A DNA stretch of 64,000 nt. It comes from Bacilli bacterium. Lineage in GTDB: Bacteria > Bacillota_I > Bacilli_A > RFN20 > CAG-631. The notes beneath the pieces were generated by a model, which was not told the DNA's origin, did no database searches, and was given only the letters and a program-made list of their open reading frames with translations. The position numbers were made by a program, and so were the translations under genes. Below, piece by piece: positions 10,013-19,821 of this stretch. The stretch covers positions 2,936 through 66,935 of the forward strand of contig CAAEBM010000056.1 in the NCBI GenBank assembly GCA_900754115.1. The letters are read 5' to 3'. Position 1 is the stretch's first letter; each line of letters starts with the position of its first letter.

Positions 10013-10585
10013 ATGAAATTAATTGTAGGACTTGGTAATCCGGGAAAACAATATCAATATACACACCACAATGTGGGTTTTTTGTTTATAGACCAATATG
10101 CAGCATTAAAAGGATGTCAATTTAAAAAGAAATTTGATGGTGAATATGCTCAATTTGACTTTCAAAATGAAAAAGTATTGTTATTTAAACCACTTACCTA
10201 TATGAATTTATCAGGAGAACCATTGAGTCAAATCATGCGCTTTTTTCACATTGCGTTACAAGATATTCTGGTCATTTATGATGATATGGATTTACCTTTT
10301 GCAACTTTAAGGTTACGCAAAAAAGGGAATGCTGGTGGACACAATGGGATAAAAAATATTTTATTGCATGTTTCTAGTAATGAATTTTGCCGAATTCGTA
10401 TTGGAATCGATCGTCCTACAACTGAAAATTTTGTGAATTATGTGTTATCTGACTTTTCTAAAAAAGAACTCAATCAGCTTGCTTTAACCTTTGAAAAAGT
10501 TAATCAAGCAGTGGATTTATTTATAATGAATCAATTTGATATGGCTATGAATCGCTTCAATGGAGCTGAAAACACGTATGAATGA
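10013..10585 (+). CDS. pth: peptidyl-tRNA hydrolase
   Basis: MKLIVGLGNPG...YxxTHHNVGF...GGHNGIKN motifs. ATG 10013 is preferred over GTG 10004. Confidence 0.93.
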   Translation: MKLIVGLGNPGKQYQYTHHNVGFLFIDQYAALKGCQFKKKFDGEYAQFDFQNEKVLLFKPLTYMNLSGEPLSQIMRFFHIALQDILVIYDDMDLPFATLRLRKKGNAGGHNGIKNILLHVSSNEFCRIRIGIDRPTTENFVNYVLSDFSKKELNQLALTFEKVNQAVDLFIMNQFDMAMNRFNGAENTYE

Positions 10586-13500
10586 AATGCTCGCGTTTTT
10601 TAAAAAAGTTCCCCAATTGAATCAACAGGCAATTGAATTAAAGGAAGCTTGTTTTTATCATGATTCTTCCTTTGCTTTTTTGATTGCCTTAAAATATTTA
10701 AATCAACCACAAACCATTGTCATTATTAAAGACAATTTATTAGGGGCTCAGCAACTTTATAATCAACTATCTTTATTGTTAAAAGAAAATTGTCAATTAT
10801 ATGCGGTTGATGAAGTGACAAAATTCACAACTCTTGCCACTTCTCCAGAAATGGAAGCTACTCGATTATATGTTTTAGGACAATTGATTTTAAAAAAGCC
10901 CATTGTTGTCGTTACTCATACGATGGCGATTCAACGTTTAGTCCCAAAAAAAGATTTGTTTTTACAACAAATTTTAACTTTTGAGGTGGGAAAAAAACAA
11001 ACAAAAAAAGAATTATTGCAACAGTTAATCTATTTGGGTTACAAATCGGTATTACAAGTCACACAAACTTTTGAATTTTCTTCTCGTGGGGGAGTCATAG
11101 ATATTTTTAGTATTCAATATGCTCAACCGATAAGAATTGAATTTTTTGATGATGAAATAGAAAGTATTCGCTTTTTTGATCCTACAACCCAACGAACAAC
11201 AAAAGTACTTACAAGTTGTTCTATACTGCCTGCAACTGAGTTTTTAGTAAAGGAATCCTCTTTTGAACTTGGTTTACAAAAAATAGAAAAGACATTAGAA
11301 CAACAACTTTTACAATGTTCTTTCAATTTAACTTTAGAAGAAAAAGTAAAAGAAGATTTAGCAAAATTAAGAAATAAAAATTTTGATGAATCGTTATATA
11401 AATATTATGCTTATTTTAATTGCTATGAATCTTTTCCCACTTATGTAAAAGAAGCAACGTGGTACATCTGTAATCGGGACCATGTGCATGAAACTGCGCA
11501 ATTTATTGAAAACGAAATGCATGAAACGATGGTGGATATGTTTGAAAAGGGATTATCATTAAATCATTCTACTTTATTATATCCATTGACGACTATTTTA
11601 AATGAAATAAACTTTTATGATATTGAAATTGGCCTACAACCAAGTTTTCCTTTGAAGTTTGAGTTTTTAAAAGTAGAGTCTTTTCATTTTAATTACCAAT
11701 TATTAGAACAAGCTTTTCAAGATTGGCTAGCCTTGAATAAAACAATTTATATTGGTTTAGAAAATTCAATCCATTATGATTCATTAAAAACTTATTTATT
11801 AGAAAAAAATATTCCCTTTCAGGAAATAAAAGAAATAGAAAGTACTTTAAAACCAGGGATTTATCTTTCTACCCAAGATTGGCATATAGGGTTAGATTTA
11901 ATTCCTTATCCTTTAGTCATATTGGGTGAAAATGAAATCTTTACGCGCCAAACACGTCTTCGTGGACCTTTTTCTCGTTTTAAAAATGCGATAACGATTG
12001 ATAGTTTAGAAGAATTAAAAGAAGGAGATTATGTTGTTCATGAACACCATGGTATAGGAATTTATCGGGGAATTAATACACTTCAAACCAATGGGATTCA
12101 TAAAGATTATTTAAAAATCGAATATAAAAATAAGGATGTTGTCTATATTGCTTTAGAACAATTTAAACTCATTCGAAAATATGTTTCTAAAGATGGTGCA
12201 GTTCCTAAAATTCATAAATTAGGTTCAAAAGAATGGGAAAAGACAAAATCAAAAGTCAAAGATCGCATTAAAGATATTGCAGAAAAACTAATTCAACTCT
12301 ACAGTTTGCGTTCTCAAAAAGCAGGATTTGCTTTTGCTAAAGACGATTTTTTAAGTCAATCTTTTGAACAAGATTTTGGTTATGAATTGACAATAGACCA
12401 AAAAAATGCTTTGCAAGAAATCAAAGCAGATATGGAAAAACCAATTATCATGGATCGTCTTTTATGTGGAGATGTCGGCTTTGGAAAAACAGAAGTGGCT
12501 TTCCGAGCTGTTTTTAAAGCCATTAATTCAGGAAAACAAGTCGCTTTATTATGTCCAACGACACTACTTGCAAGACAACATTACCTCACGGCATTAGAAC
12601 GATTTAAAAATTATGGAGTGCGCATTGCTTTATTAAGTCGCATGGTATCAGAAAAAGAACAACAACAAATTTTAAAAAAATTAAAAGAACATGAAATTGA
12701 TTTTGTCATTGGAACGCATCGCTTATTATCTAATGACGTTTGCTTTGCAGATTTAGGATTCTTAGTCGTCGATGAAGAACATAAATTTGGCGTAGAACAC
12801 AAAGAAAAAATTAAAGAATTAAAAACTAATGTCGATGTTTTAACCCTATCAGCTACGCCAATTCCTAGAACGTTACAAATGGCTCTTACTGGAGTGAGAG
12901 GATTTTCAACCATTACCACTCCTATTGAAAATCGAATGCCTGTCCAAACATTTGTCTTGGAAAAAAATGATTACGTCATCAAAGAAATCATTGAAAGAGA
13001 ATTAGCGCGTGGGGGACAAGTGTATTATTTACATAACCGCATTGAAGAGTTGCCAAAAATTGCAAGCAAATTAAATAAAATGATTCGAAATGCGAAGATT
13101 TCTATTGTTCATGGTCAGCTACCCGCAGAAGAAATCGAAGATATCATGGAAGAGTTTGTAATGGGAAAAACGAATATTTTATGTTGTACAACGGTTATAG
13201 AAAATGGAATAGATATTCCCAATGTCAACACCATAATTGTTGAAAATGCAGATCACTTTGGTCTTTCACAATTGTATCAAATTCGGGGAAGAGTCGGGAG
13301 AAGTGATCGTTTAGCCTACGCCTATTTGTTTTATAAATCACAAAAAAATCTATCTGAAATTGCTCAAAAAAGATTGATAACGATTAAAGAATTTACACAA
13401 CTTGGAAGTGGATACAAAGTCGCCATGCGTGATTTAATCACTAGAGGTGCCGGTGATTTATTAGGAGCGGAACAATCAGGGTTTATTGAAAGTGTAGGCA

Positions 13501-14045
13501 TGGATATGTATATTGATTTATTACATGAGGCCATTGAAGAACAAAAAAATGGGACGGTTGCGCCTAAAAAAGAAATCAAGCCTAAAACCACATTACAAAT
13601 TGATGCTTATATTCCTCAAGGATTTTTCAATAATGATTATGAAAAAATTGAATTGTATCGACAAATTGACAAAGTTGACCGATTAGAAAATTTAAATCAA
13701 TTAAAAGAAGAAGTGATTGATAAAACAGGGCAATTACCAGAATCAATTCGCTTGCTTTTTGAAAAAAAAGTCATCGATATTATTGAACAAGAAGGAATTA
13801 TTGAAAATTATCGCGAATCAAAGCAAGAATTGGTGTTACAATTATCCGAAACATTTTCTAATTATCGAGGAGTAGGGGTGGATATTTTTGAATTAGCCAA
13901 TCAAATTTCTACTTCAATTGTTTTAAAATTTCCTCGTATGCGTATTGAAGTACATGTAAAAAAAGTGGACCAATGGCTCTATATTGTCAGTGATTTTGTC
14001 AAAGGATTGGTTCAAATTCAAAAAAAATTTAAGAAAGGAGAATGA
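10560..14045 (+). CDS. mfd: transcription-repair coupling factor
   Basis: About 1160 aa. CarD/RID-like region (GDYVVHEHHGIG), helicase Walker A GDVGFGKTEVA, DEEH box (VVDEEHKFG) and a TRG-type C-terminus. Conserved pth-mfd synteny. The exact start is uncertain (ATG 10560, 10578 or 10587). Confidence 0.93.
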   Translation: MELKTRMNEMLAFFKKVPQLNQQAIELKEACFYHDSSFAFLIALKYLNQPQTIVIIKDNLLGAQQLYNQLSLLLKENCQLYAVDEVTKFTTLATSPEMEATRLYVLGQLILKKPIVVVTHTMAIQRLVPKKDLFLQQILTFEVGKKQTKKELLQQLIYLGYKSVLQVTQTFEFSSRGGVIDIFSIQYAQPIRIEFFDDEIESIRFFDPTTQRTTKVLTSCSILPATEFLVKESSFELGLQKIEKTLEQQLLQCSFNLTLEEKVKEDLAKLRNKNFDESLYKYYAYFNCYESFPTYVKEATWYICNRDHVHETAQFIENEMHETMVDMFEKGLSLNHSTLLYPLTTILNEINFYDIEIGLQPSFPLKFEFLKVESFHFNYQLLEQAFQDWLALNKTIYIGLENSIHYDSLKTYLLEKNIPFQEIKEIESTLKPGIYLSTQDWHIGLDLIPYPLVILGENEIFTRQTRLRGPFSRFKNAITIDSLEELKEGDYVVHEHHGIGIYRGINTLQTNGIHKDYLKIEYKNKDVVYIALEQFKLIRKYVSKDGAVPKIHKLGSKEWEKTKSKVKDRIKDIAEKLIQLYSLRSQKAGFAFAKDDFLSQSFEQDFGYELTIDQKNALQEIKADMEKPIIMDRLLCGDVGFGKTEVAFRAVFKAINSGKQVALLCPTTLLARQHYLTALERFKNYGVRIALLSRMVSEKEQQQILKKLKEHEIDFVIGTHRLLSNDVCFADLGFLVVDEEHKFGVEHKEKIKELKTNVDVLTLSATPIPRTLQMALTGVRGFSTITTPIENRMPVQTFVLEKNDYVIKEIIERELARGGQVYYLHNRIEELPKIASKLNKMIRNAKISIVHGQLPAEEIEDIMEEFVMGKTNILCCTTVIENGIDIPNVNTIIVENADHFGLSQLYQIRGRVGRSDRLAYAYLFYKSQKNLSEIAQKRLITIKEFTQLGSGYKVAMRDLITRGAGDLLGAEQSGFIESVGMDMYIDLLHEAIEEQKNGTVAPKKEIKPKTTLQIDAYIPQGFFNNDYEKIELYRQIDKVDRLENLNQLKEEVIDKTGQLPESIRLLFEKKVIDIIEQEGIIENYRESKQELVLQLSETFSNYRGVGVDIFELANQISTSIVLKFPRMRIEVHVKKVDQWLYIVSDFVKGLVQIQKKFKKGE

Positions 14046-14048
14046 TGG

Positions 14049-14660
14049 ATGCAAATTCATTTTTGTACAGATGCTCTTTTTTTAAAAAAACATAAAGATA
14101 GATGGTTAAAAGAAAATGTAGTACTTCTTGAAAAAGATTTCTTTTATGAAATTGATGCGATTTCTTATCCTGAAAGCTTGATACGATTAAAAGAGTACTT
14201 ACCCTATATTCAAAAAATTTGGATTTATATTGATTTTTCAATGGTTTCTTTTGTCAATTTAATCATTTTAGGAGATTATTTTTATAGTCATCAATATCAG
14301 CAAGAATTACAAATTGTCTATTATCAAAAAGAAACAGGGGCCATTTTGTTTGAAAAAAATATTTTAGATGCTTCTTTAGGGGTTTCTTTTTTTCAAGGGA
14401 AAAAGTATTTACAAAATCAGCAAATCCAAGATGAGATGTTTAAACTTAAACCTTTTATTCCCCATTTCAAAGAATGCCTTCGTCTTTATTCTTTGATTCG
14501 TTTTGATAAATTAGCTTTTAAGATGATTTTACAGACGTGTTTGCAAAATGATTTAGAAATGGAACCAGAACAATATTTTATGAAGACGTATCCTAATTTT
14601 GGATTAAAAGAAGATTACATTCAAAAATTATTTTTAGATGTAAAGGAGGAAAGCAAATGA
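14049..14660 (+). CDS. hypothetical protein
   Basis: 203-aa ORF packed between mfd and tilS, with a 4-nt overlap with tilS. I recognised no motif. Confidence 0.5.
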   Translation: MQIHFCTDALFLKKHKDRWLKENVVLLEKDFFYEIDAISYPESLIRLKEYLPYIQKIWIYIDFSMVSFVNLIILGDYFYSHQYQQELQIVYYQKETGAILFEKNILDASLGVSFFQGKKYLQNQQIQDEMFKLKPFIPHFKECLRLYSLIRFDKLAFKMILQTCLQNDLEMEPEQYFMKTYPNFGLKEDYIQKLFLDVKEESK

Positions 14661-15886
14661 ACGTTTCTTTTCCTTATTTAAAAACAAAACGTTACTTAGT
14701 AGCGGTTTCTGGTGGCCCCGATTCAATGGCTTTACTAGATCTTTTATATCATCAAGGATATACTTTAATCGTTGCCCATGTCAATTATAAAAAAAGAAAA
14801 GAAAGCGATGAAGAAGAAGCATTAGTAAGACAATATTGTTTTGAAAAAAAGATTCCCTTTTTTGTTTCTTATTACAAAGAGAATGAAAAAAAGCAATCGT
14901 TTCAAGTTAAAGCACGGGAATTTCGCTATCGCTTTTTTGCAACTATTTATCAAAAAGAAAAATGTGATGGCCTTTTTGTCGCTCATCATTTCGATGATTT
15001 ATTAGAAACCTATCTCATTAAAAAGACTAGAAATGTTGTCAATGACTCCTATTTTATTGCTAGTCAAACCAAACTATGGGGAATGCAAGTATTTCGCCCT
15101 TTACTTTCCTTTGAAAAAAAAGAATTATTAGATTATTGCCTTTGTCACAATTTGCCCTTTGGCATAGATAAAACCAATGATCAAGATTGTTATTTAAGAA
15201 ATCAAATTCGACATCAACTGCAAGTAAAAGATAAACAAGCAATTTATAAACAAGCTTTAAAAGATGAAAAAAAATTAAAAGAAACGCAAAAAGAAGTACA
15301 AGAGTACTTAAAGGCACATACGAGTTATAGTGTGGCAGATTTACAAGCAAAAGAAGATCTGTTTTTACAAATTTTTTTATATCAAGCGGTTTTAGAAGAA
15401 TTCCGTCCTTTTATTAATCATCATATTTTGTCGAATTTAAAAAATTTTCTGTGGAGTAAAAAACCGAATTTAAAACATAAAATAAAGAAGGACTATTATA
15501 TGATAAAAGCTTACCAAAAGATAGAATTTAAAACCCTTTCTTTTATCCGTCCTTATTGTTACACCCTTTATGAAGCAAATCTTATCCAAACTCCTTACTT
15601 TCAAACAGCCTATGAAGGAGAAAAATTGCAAGGAATTGCTTTGCAAACAAAAGATTTTCCTATTCAAATTCGAAGTTACCATCCTTCAGATAAAATTGAA
15701 CTAAAAAATGGAACAAAGAAAATAAGTCGCCTTTTTATCGATAAAAAAGTTCCTTTAGAAAAAAGAATTTTGATTCCCGTCGTGGAAAATAAAGAGGGAA
15801 AAATTTTGTTGGTGAGTGGATATTATCGATATTTTTCAAATAATAGGACACAAAATAATTATTTTGTGATAGAATATAAAAAGTAA
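14657..15886 (+). CDS. tilS: tRNA(Ile)-lysidine synthase
   Basis: 409 aa. PP-loop VAVSGGPDSMAL and HHFDDLLET motifs. Conserved position upstream of ftsH. Confidence 0.9.
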   Translation: MNVSFPYLKTKRYLVAVSGGPDSMALLDLLYHQGYTLIVAHVNYKKRKESDEEEALVRQYCFEKKIPFFVSYYKENEKKQSFQVKAREFRYRFFATIYQKEKCDGLFVAHHFDDLLETYLIKKTRNVVNDSYFIASQTKLWGMQVFRPLLSFEKKELLDYCLCHNLPFGIDKTNDQDCYLRNQIRHQLQVKDKQAIYKQALKDEKKLKETQKEVQEYLKAHTSYSVADLQAKEDLFLQIFLYQAVLEEFRPFINHHILSNLKNFLWSKKPNLKHKIKKDYYMIKAYQKIEFKTLSFIRPYCYTLYEANLIQTPYFQTAYEGEKLQGIALQTKDFPIQIRSYHPSDKIELKNGTKKISRLFIDKKVPLEKRILIPVVENKEGKILLVSGYYRYFSNNRTQNNYFVIEYKK

Positions 15887-15935
15887 AATAAATGTTTATA
15901 TAAACATTTATCAATAAAAAAAGGAGATGAACAAA

Positions 15936-18113
15936 ATGAACAATCCAAATATCTATGGAAAGCGAAATAGCAAATCTTCTATATGGAAATATTTATTATT
16001 TTGGTTACTAATCATTATTTTAGTAATTACATTAGTTTTTACCATGTCAGGTAGAAGAAGAGAAATTGTCACTTGGACACATAATGATATTAGAAACTAT
16101 CTTACCAATACAGAATTGCAAGAAGTGATTCCTGAAGATGGCACAATTGATGATGTGGATGTAGAAATCAAAGAAGCACTTGAAAGCGAATATTTGGAAA
16201 GATTAGAAAATATTGAAGGAATTGAAATACAAGTTGGTCCTTATAAGACAACGTTTTTAATGGACTATAAGGTACAACGTACAGAAAATAAAAAATCAGT
16301 TACGTACTATTATCGTGCCAGTTACGAATTCGCAGCCAATGATGGTGGAAATGAATTAACTCAAATTAAAGGGTATTTAACTGAAGCAAATGACTTTTTA
16401 ATACTCAAAAATAAAAATACACTTCCGACAGGAATTGTCGATACCACAGAACCGAATTTCTGGTTAGAGTTATTGAAGTCTTTAATTCCAATTTTAATTG
16501 TTGGATTATTAGCTTTCTTTATTATCGGAAAACTTGCCAATGCGCAAGGTGGAGGAAAGTCTACTTTCGACTTTGGAAAATCAAAAGCGAGAAGAGAAGA
16601 TGCCTCTACTGTTCGGTTTAATGATGTCGCTGGTTGTGAAGATGAAAAAGAAGAAATGAAAGAAATTGTGGACTATTTGAAAAATCCACGTAAATATGCA
16701 AAATCAGGAGCTAGAATTCCCAAAGGAGTTATTTTAAAAGGACCTCCTGGAACAGGTAAAACGTTACTTGCTAAAGCCGTTGCAGGAGAAGCAAGTGTTC
16801 CTTTTTATTACATTTCTGGTAGTGATTTCTTAGAAATGTTTGTTGGTGTGGGTGCAAGCCGTGTTCGGGATATGTTCAAAAAAGCACGTTTAACTGCTCC
16901 ATGTATTATCTTTATTGATGAAATTGATGCTGTCGCTCGTCAAAGAGGAACAGGCCTTGGCGGTGGACATGATGAAAGAGAACAAACATTAAACCAATTA
17001 TTAGTTGAAATGGATGGTTTTGAAAACAATTCTGGTATTATTGTTCTTGCAGCAACAAACCGAATTGATGTTCTTGACCCAGCATTGTTGCGTCCAGGTC
17101 GTTTTGATAGACAAATTGATGTAAACCTTCCAGACTTAAAAGGAAGAGAAGAAATCTTAAAAGTACACTCTAGAAATAAAACACTAGCAAGTGATGTCAA
17201 TTTAGAATCTGTAGCGAAAAAGACACCAGGATTTAGTGGTGCTGAATTGGAAAATGTTATGAATGAAGCTGCTATTTTATCCGTTCGTAATAAACATGAT
17301 AAAATCAGTAGTGCGGATATTGATGAAGCAATTGACCGTGTCATTGGTGGACCAGCCAAGAAAACAAAAATTATCAGTGATCGCACAAAAAGAATGGTGG
17401 CTTATCATGAAGCAGGTCATGCAGTAATTGGTTTAAAGGTTGCTTTAAGTGAAACGGTTCAAAAAATTACTATCATTCCTCGTGGTGATGCGGGTGGATA
17501 TGTATTAATGACACCAAAAGATGAAAGTATGCTCCAAACAAAAGGAGAACTTTTAGCAAAAATTACTTCTTATTTAGCAGGTCGGGCTTCGGAAGAAATA
17601 TTCTTTGATGATGTGACAACAGGGGCACATAGTGATATTGAACGGGCTACACAAATTGCGCGTGTAATGGTCACTGAACTTGGTATGTCTCCATTAGGAC
17701 CTGTGCAATATGAAAGAGATAGCAGTCAAGTCTTTTTAGGAAGAGATTATGGCAGCACACGAATTTCTGGTGAAGTTGCAAATGAAATTGATAAAGCCGT
17801 TCGTGAAATTATAGAAAGTTGTTTAGAAACGGCACGGAATTGTATTTTACAAAACAAAGATATTTTAATCTTGATTGCGGAAACCTTGTTGAAATATGAA
17901 ACAATTACAGCAGAAGAAATTGATTACCTCATTGAACATGGTTCATTAGATGAATATAAAGAACAACAACAAAGAAATGCGATGAACAGTGTAGAACCAG
18001 AAGTTGAAAAAGAAAACACGCCATCGACTGCTGATACTCAACAACAATCACAACAAGAAGTCTCTTCAGATGAATCGACTGATGTAAAGGAAGATTCAAA
18101 CGATGACAAATAG
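15936..18113 (+). CDS. ftsH: ATP-dependent zinc metalloprotease FtsH
   Basis: Walker [12 protein letters not shown] region and Zn motif HEAGHA, with two TM helices flanking an unusually long (~150 aa) extracytoplasmic loop. ATG 15936 lies 9 nt after GGAG; ATG 15927 directly abuts the RBS. Confidence 0.95.
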   Translation: MNNPNIYGKRNSKSSIWKYLLFWLLIIILVITLVFTMSGRRREIVTWTHNDIRNYLTNTELQEVIPEDGTIDDVDVEIKEALESEYLERLENIEGIEIQVGPYKTTFLMDYKVQRTENKKSVTYYYRASYEFAANDGGNELTQIKGYLTEANDFLILKNKNTLPTGIVDTTEPNFWLELLKSLIPILIVGLLAFFIIGKLANAQGGGKSTFDFGKSKARREDASTVRFNDVAGCEDEKEEMKEIVDYLKNPRKYAKSGARIPKGVILKGPPGTGKTLLAKAVAGEASVPFYYISGSDFLEMFVGVGASRVRDMFKKARLTAPCIIFIDEIDAVARQRGTGLGGGHDEREQTLNQLLVEMDGFENNSGIIVLAATNRIDVLDPALLRPGRFDRQIDVNLPDLKGREEILKVHSRNKTLASDVNLESVAKKTPGFSGAELENVMNEAAILSVRNKHDKISSADIDEAIDRVIGGPAKKTKIISDRTKRMVAYHEAGHAVIGLKVALSETVQKITIIPRGDAGGYVLMTPKDESMLQTKGELLAKITSYLAGRASEEIFFDDVTTGAHSDIERATQIARVMVTELGMSPLGPVQYERDSSQVFLGRDYGSTRISGEVANEIDKAVREIIESCLETARNCILQNKDILILIAETLLKYETITAEEIDYLIEHGSLDEYKEQQQRNAMNSVEPEVEKENTPSTADTQQQSQQEVSSDESTDVKEDSNDDK

Positions 18114-18975
18114 TAGATTATACAAATATTTAGGATTAAATAAGGAAATACTCATTTATAGCGTAGATAGCAAAGACGTTTTAGCAACCTATGCAGAAAA
18201 TGTAGTTGCTTCTGCAGTTGCCTTAGCAGCGATTGGCCGACTGATGAGTGGTGCTTTACTCATGGCCGGTCAATTAAAAGGGGAAGAAAAAATTTTAGTC
18301 AGCATCGAAGGGAATGGTCCCTTAGGGATTTTAAAAGCAGAAGCTGATGCAAAAGGAAATGTTAGAGGATTTGTCACAAATCCTCTTTTCGACGTTCCTT
18401 TTAAAGAAAATGGGCATTTAGATGTAGGTGCAGCAGTTGGACAAGAGGGATATTTAACAGTTAAAAAGCAACTTTCAATGAAAGAACCTTTTATTGGAAG
18501 TAGTGCACTAATCAGTGGAGAAATTGCAGAAGATATCAGTTATTATTATGGAACGAGTGAACAAATTCCTACTATTGTCGCTTTAGGTGTACTTATCAAT
18601 CCTGATTATACGATTAACCAATCAGGGGGATTTTTTGTTCAATTACTACCAAATGCATCTGAAAAGACTTATCAATATTTAGAACAATTATTAAACAAAG
18701 TAGATTCGGTTTCTAATTTATTAAAAAATATGGGTGCAGAAAAAATGATTCCTCATCTTTTTCCTGATGCACAATTATTAGACCAATATCCCGTACAATT
18801 TCATTGCAATTGCAGCCTTGATTATGCAAAACAATTACTAGTTAAAATTGATCCTGAAGAATTAAATGCCATGATTCAAGAAAATAAACCTATCGAAATT
18901 ACTTGTAATTTTTGTCAAAAAAAATATAGCCTTACTATTCAAGATTTAAAAAGAATTCAAAAGGAACGATTATGA
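18103..18975 (+). CDS. hslO: redox-regulated chaperone Hsp33
   Basis: 290 aa. C-terminal zinc centre CNCS...CNFCQKKY (CxC...CxxC). Conserved position after ftsH. Confidence 0.9.
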   Translation: MTNSRLYKYLGLNKEILIYSVDSKDVLATYAENVVASAVALAAIGRLMSGALLMAGQLKGEEKILVSIEGNGPLGILKAEADAKGNVRGFVTNPLFDVPFKENGHLDVGAAVGQEGYLTVKKQLSMKEPFIGSSALISGEIAEDISYYYGTSEQIPTIVALGVLINPDYTINQSGGFFVQLLPNASEKTYQYLEQLLNKVDSVSNLLKNMGAEKMIPHLFPDAQLLDQYPVQFHCNCSLDYAKQLLVKIDPEELNAMIQENKPIEITCNFCQKKYSLTIQDLKRIQKERL

Positions 18976-19817
18976 AACCAATATTTATTTTTTTAATTTG
19001 TTTAGGAGTGCTTTTATTTTTAGGCTTAAGCATTTATCTTTATGGCTATTTTTTTGAAGTACGCAAGACAAAAATATTACGATTTCAATTTGAAAAAAAA
19101 CAATTGAAAAAAATTAAAGACCCCGTTGCTAATGCTTATAAAATTGTTTTTTTTAGCGATTTGCATGTGGGAAAAATGTTAAAAGGAAAACAATTAAAAA
19201 GAAAGATTGAGTTGTTAAAAGAGTGTAAGGCGGACTTATACTTGTTTGGTGGCGATTTAATAGGGTATCATACAGCTAAATATTTTAAAAAAGAAGATAT
19301 TGCAAAAGAGTTTCAATTCTTAAACAATACAGTGGGATTTAAAGTAGAAGGAAACCATGAATATAAAAAAGAAAAGCATATTACACAATCTCAAAAAGAG
19401 GATTTATTTGCTGCTTTTCCTTTACCCTTATTGCAAAATGAGTCGGTAGAAATCATGGCACATGATAAAAAACTGATTGTCACAGGTTTAAAGGAAGGAC
19501 AATACCATACACCTAAGCAACCCACAAAATTGCCAGGAGATATTCATCTTGTTGTCGTTCACCAAGGAGATTATTTTGATCAAATTAAAGATGCGGATAT
19601 CGTCTTATCTGGACACACACATGGTGGTCAAATTCGTATTCCCTTTTTGCCTTTAATTTATAAGCCTAAACATGGAAAAAAATATATTCAAGGGATGTAT
19701 CAAAAAGATCAACAATATCTTTTAGTTTCTAAAGGAATGGGTTGCAATATGTTTAAGTTTCGTTTTTGCGCTCCGAGTGATATAATAGAAATATATCTTA
19801 CAAAAGAAGGAGAATGA
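18972..19817 (+). CDS. membrane-anchored metallophosphoesterase
   Basis: 281 aa with an N-terminal TM helix. Calcineurin-like motifs DLHVG, GGDL, GNHE and GHTHGGQ. ATGA overlap with hslO. Confidence 0.85.
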   Translation: MKPIFIFLICLGVLLFLGLSIYLYGYFFEVRKTKILRFQFEKKQLKKIKDPVANAYKIVFFSDLHVGKMLKGKQLKRKIELLKECKADLYLFGGDLIGYHTAKYFKKEDIAKEFQFLNNTVGFKVEGNHEYKKEKHITQSQKEDLFAAFPLPLLQNESVEIMAHDKKLIVTGLKEGQYHTPKQPTKLPGDIHLVVVHQGDYFDQIKDADIVLSGHTHGGQIRIPFLPLIYKPKHGKKYIQGMYQKDQQYLLVSKGMGCNMFKFRFCAPSDIIEIYLTKEGE

Positions 19818-19821
19818 TCTG

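Noticed and set aside
11123-13591. Internal and antisense ORFs within mfd (11123-11326, 12406-12597, 12611-12919, 13364-13591), and similar ones inside ftsH, malQ, htpG, the antiporter gene and the LRR gene
   Set aside because: They are nested in or antisense to long conserved genes. They are chance open frames and none has an independent translation signal.
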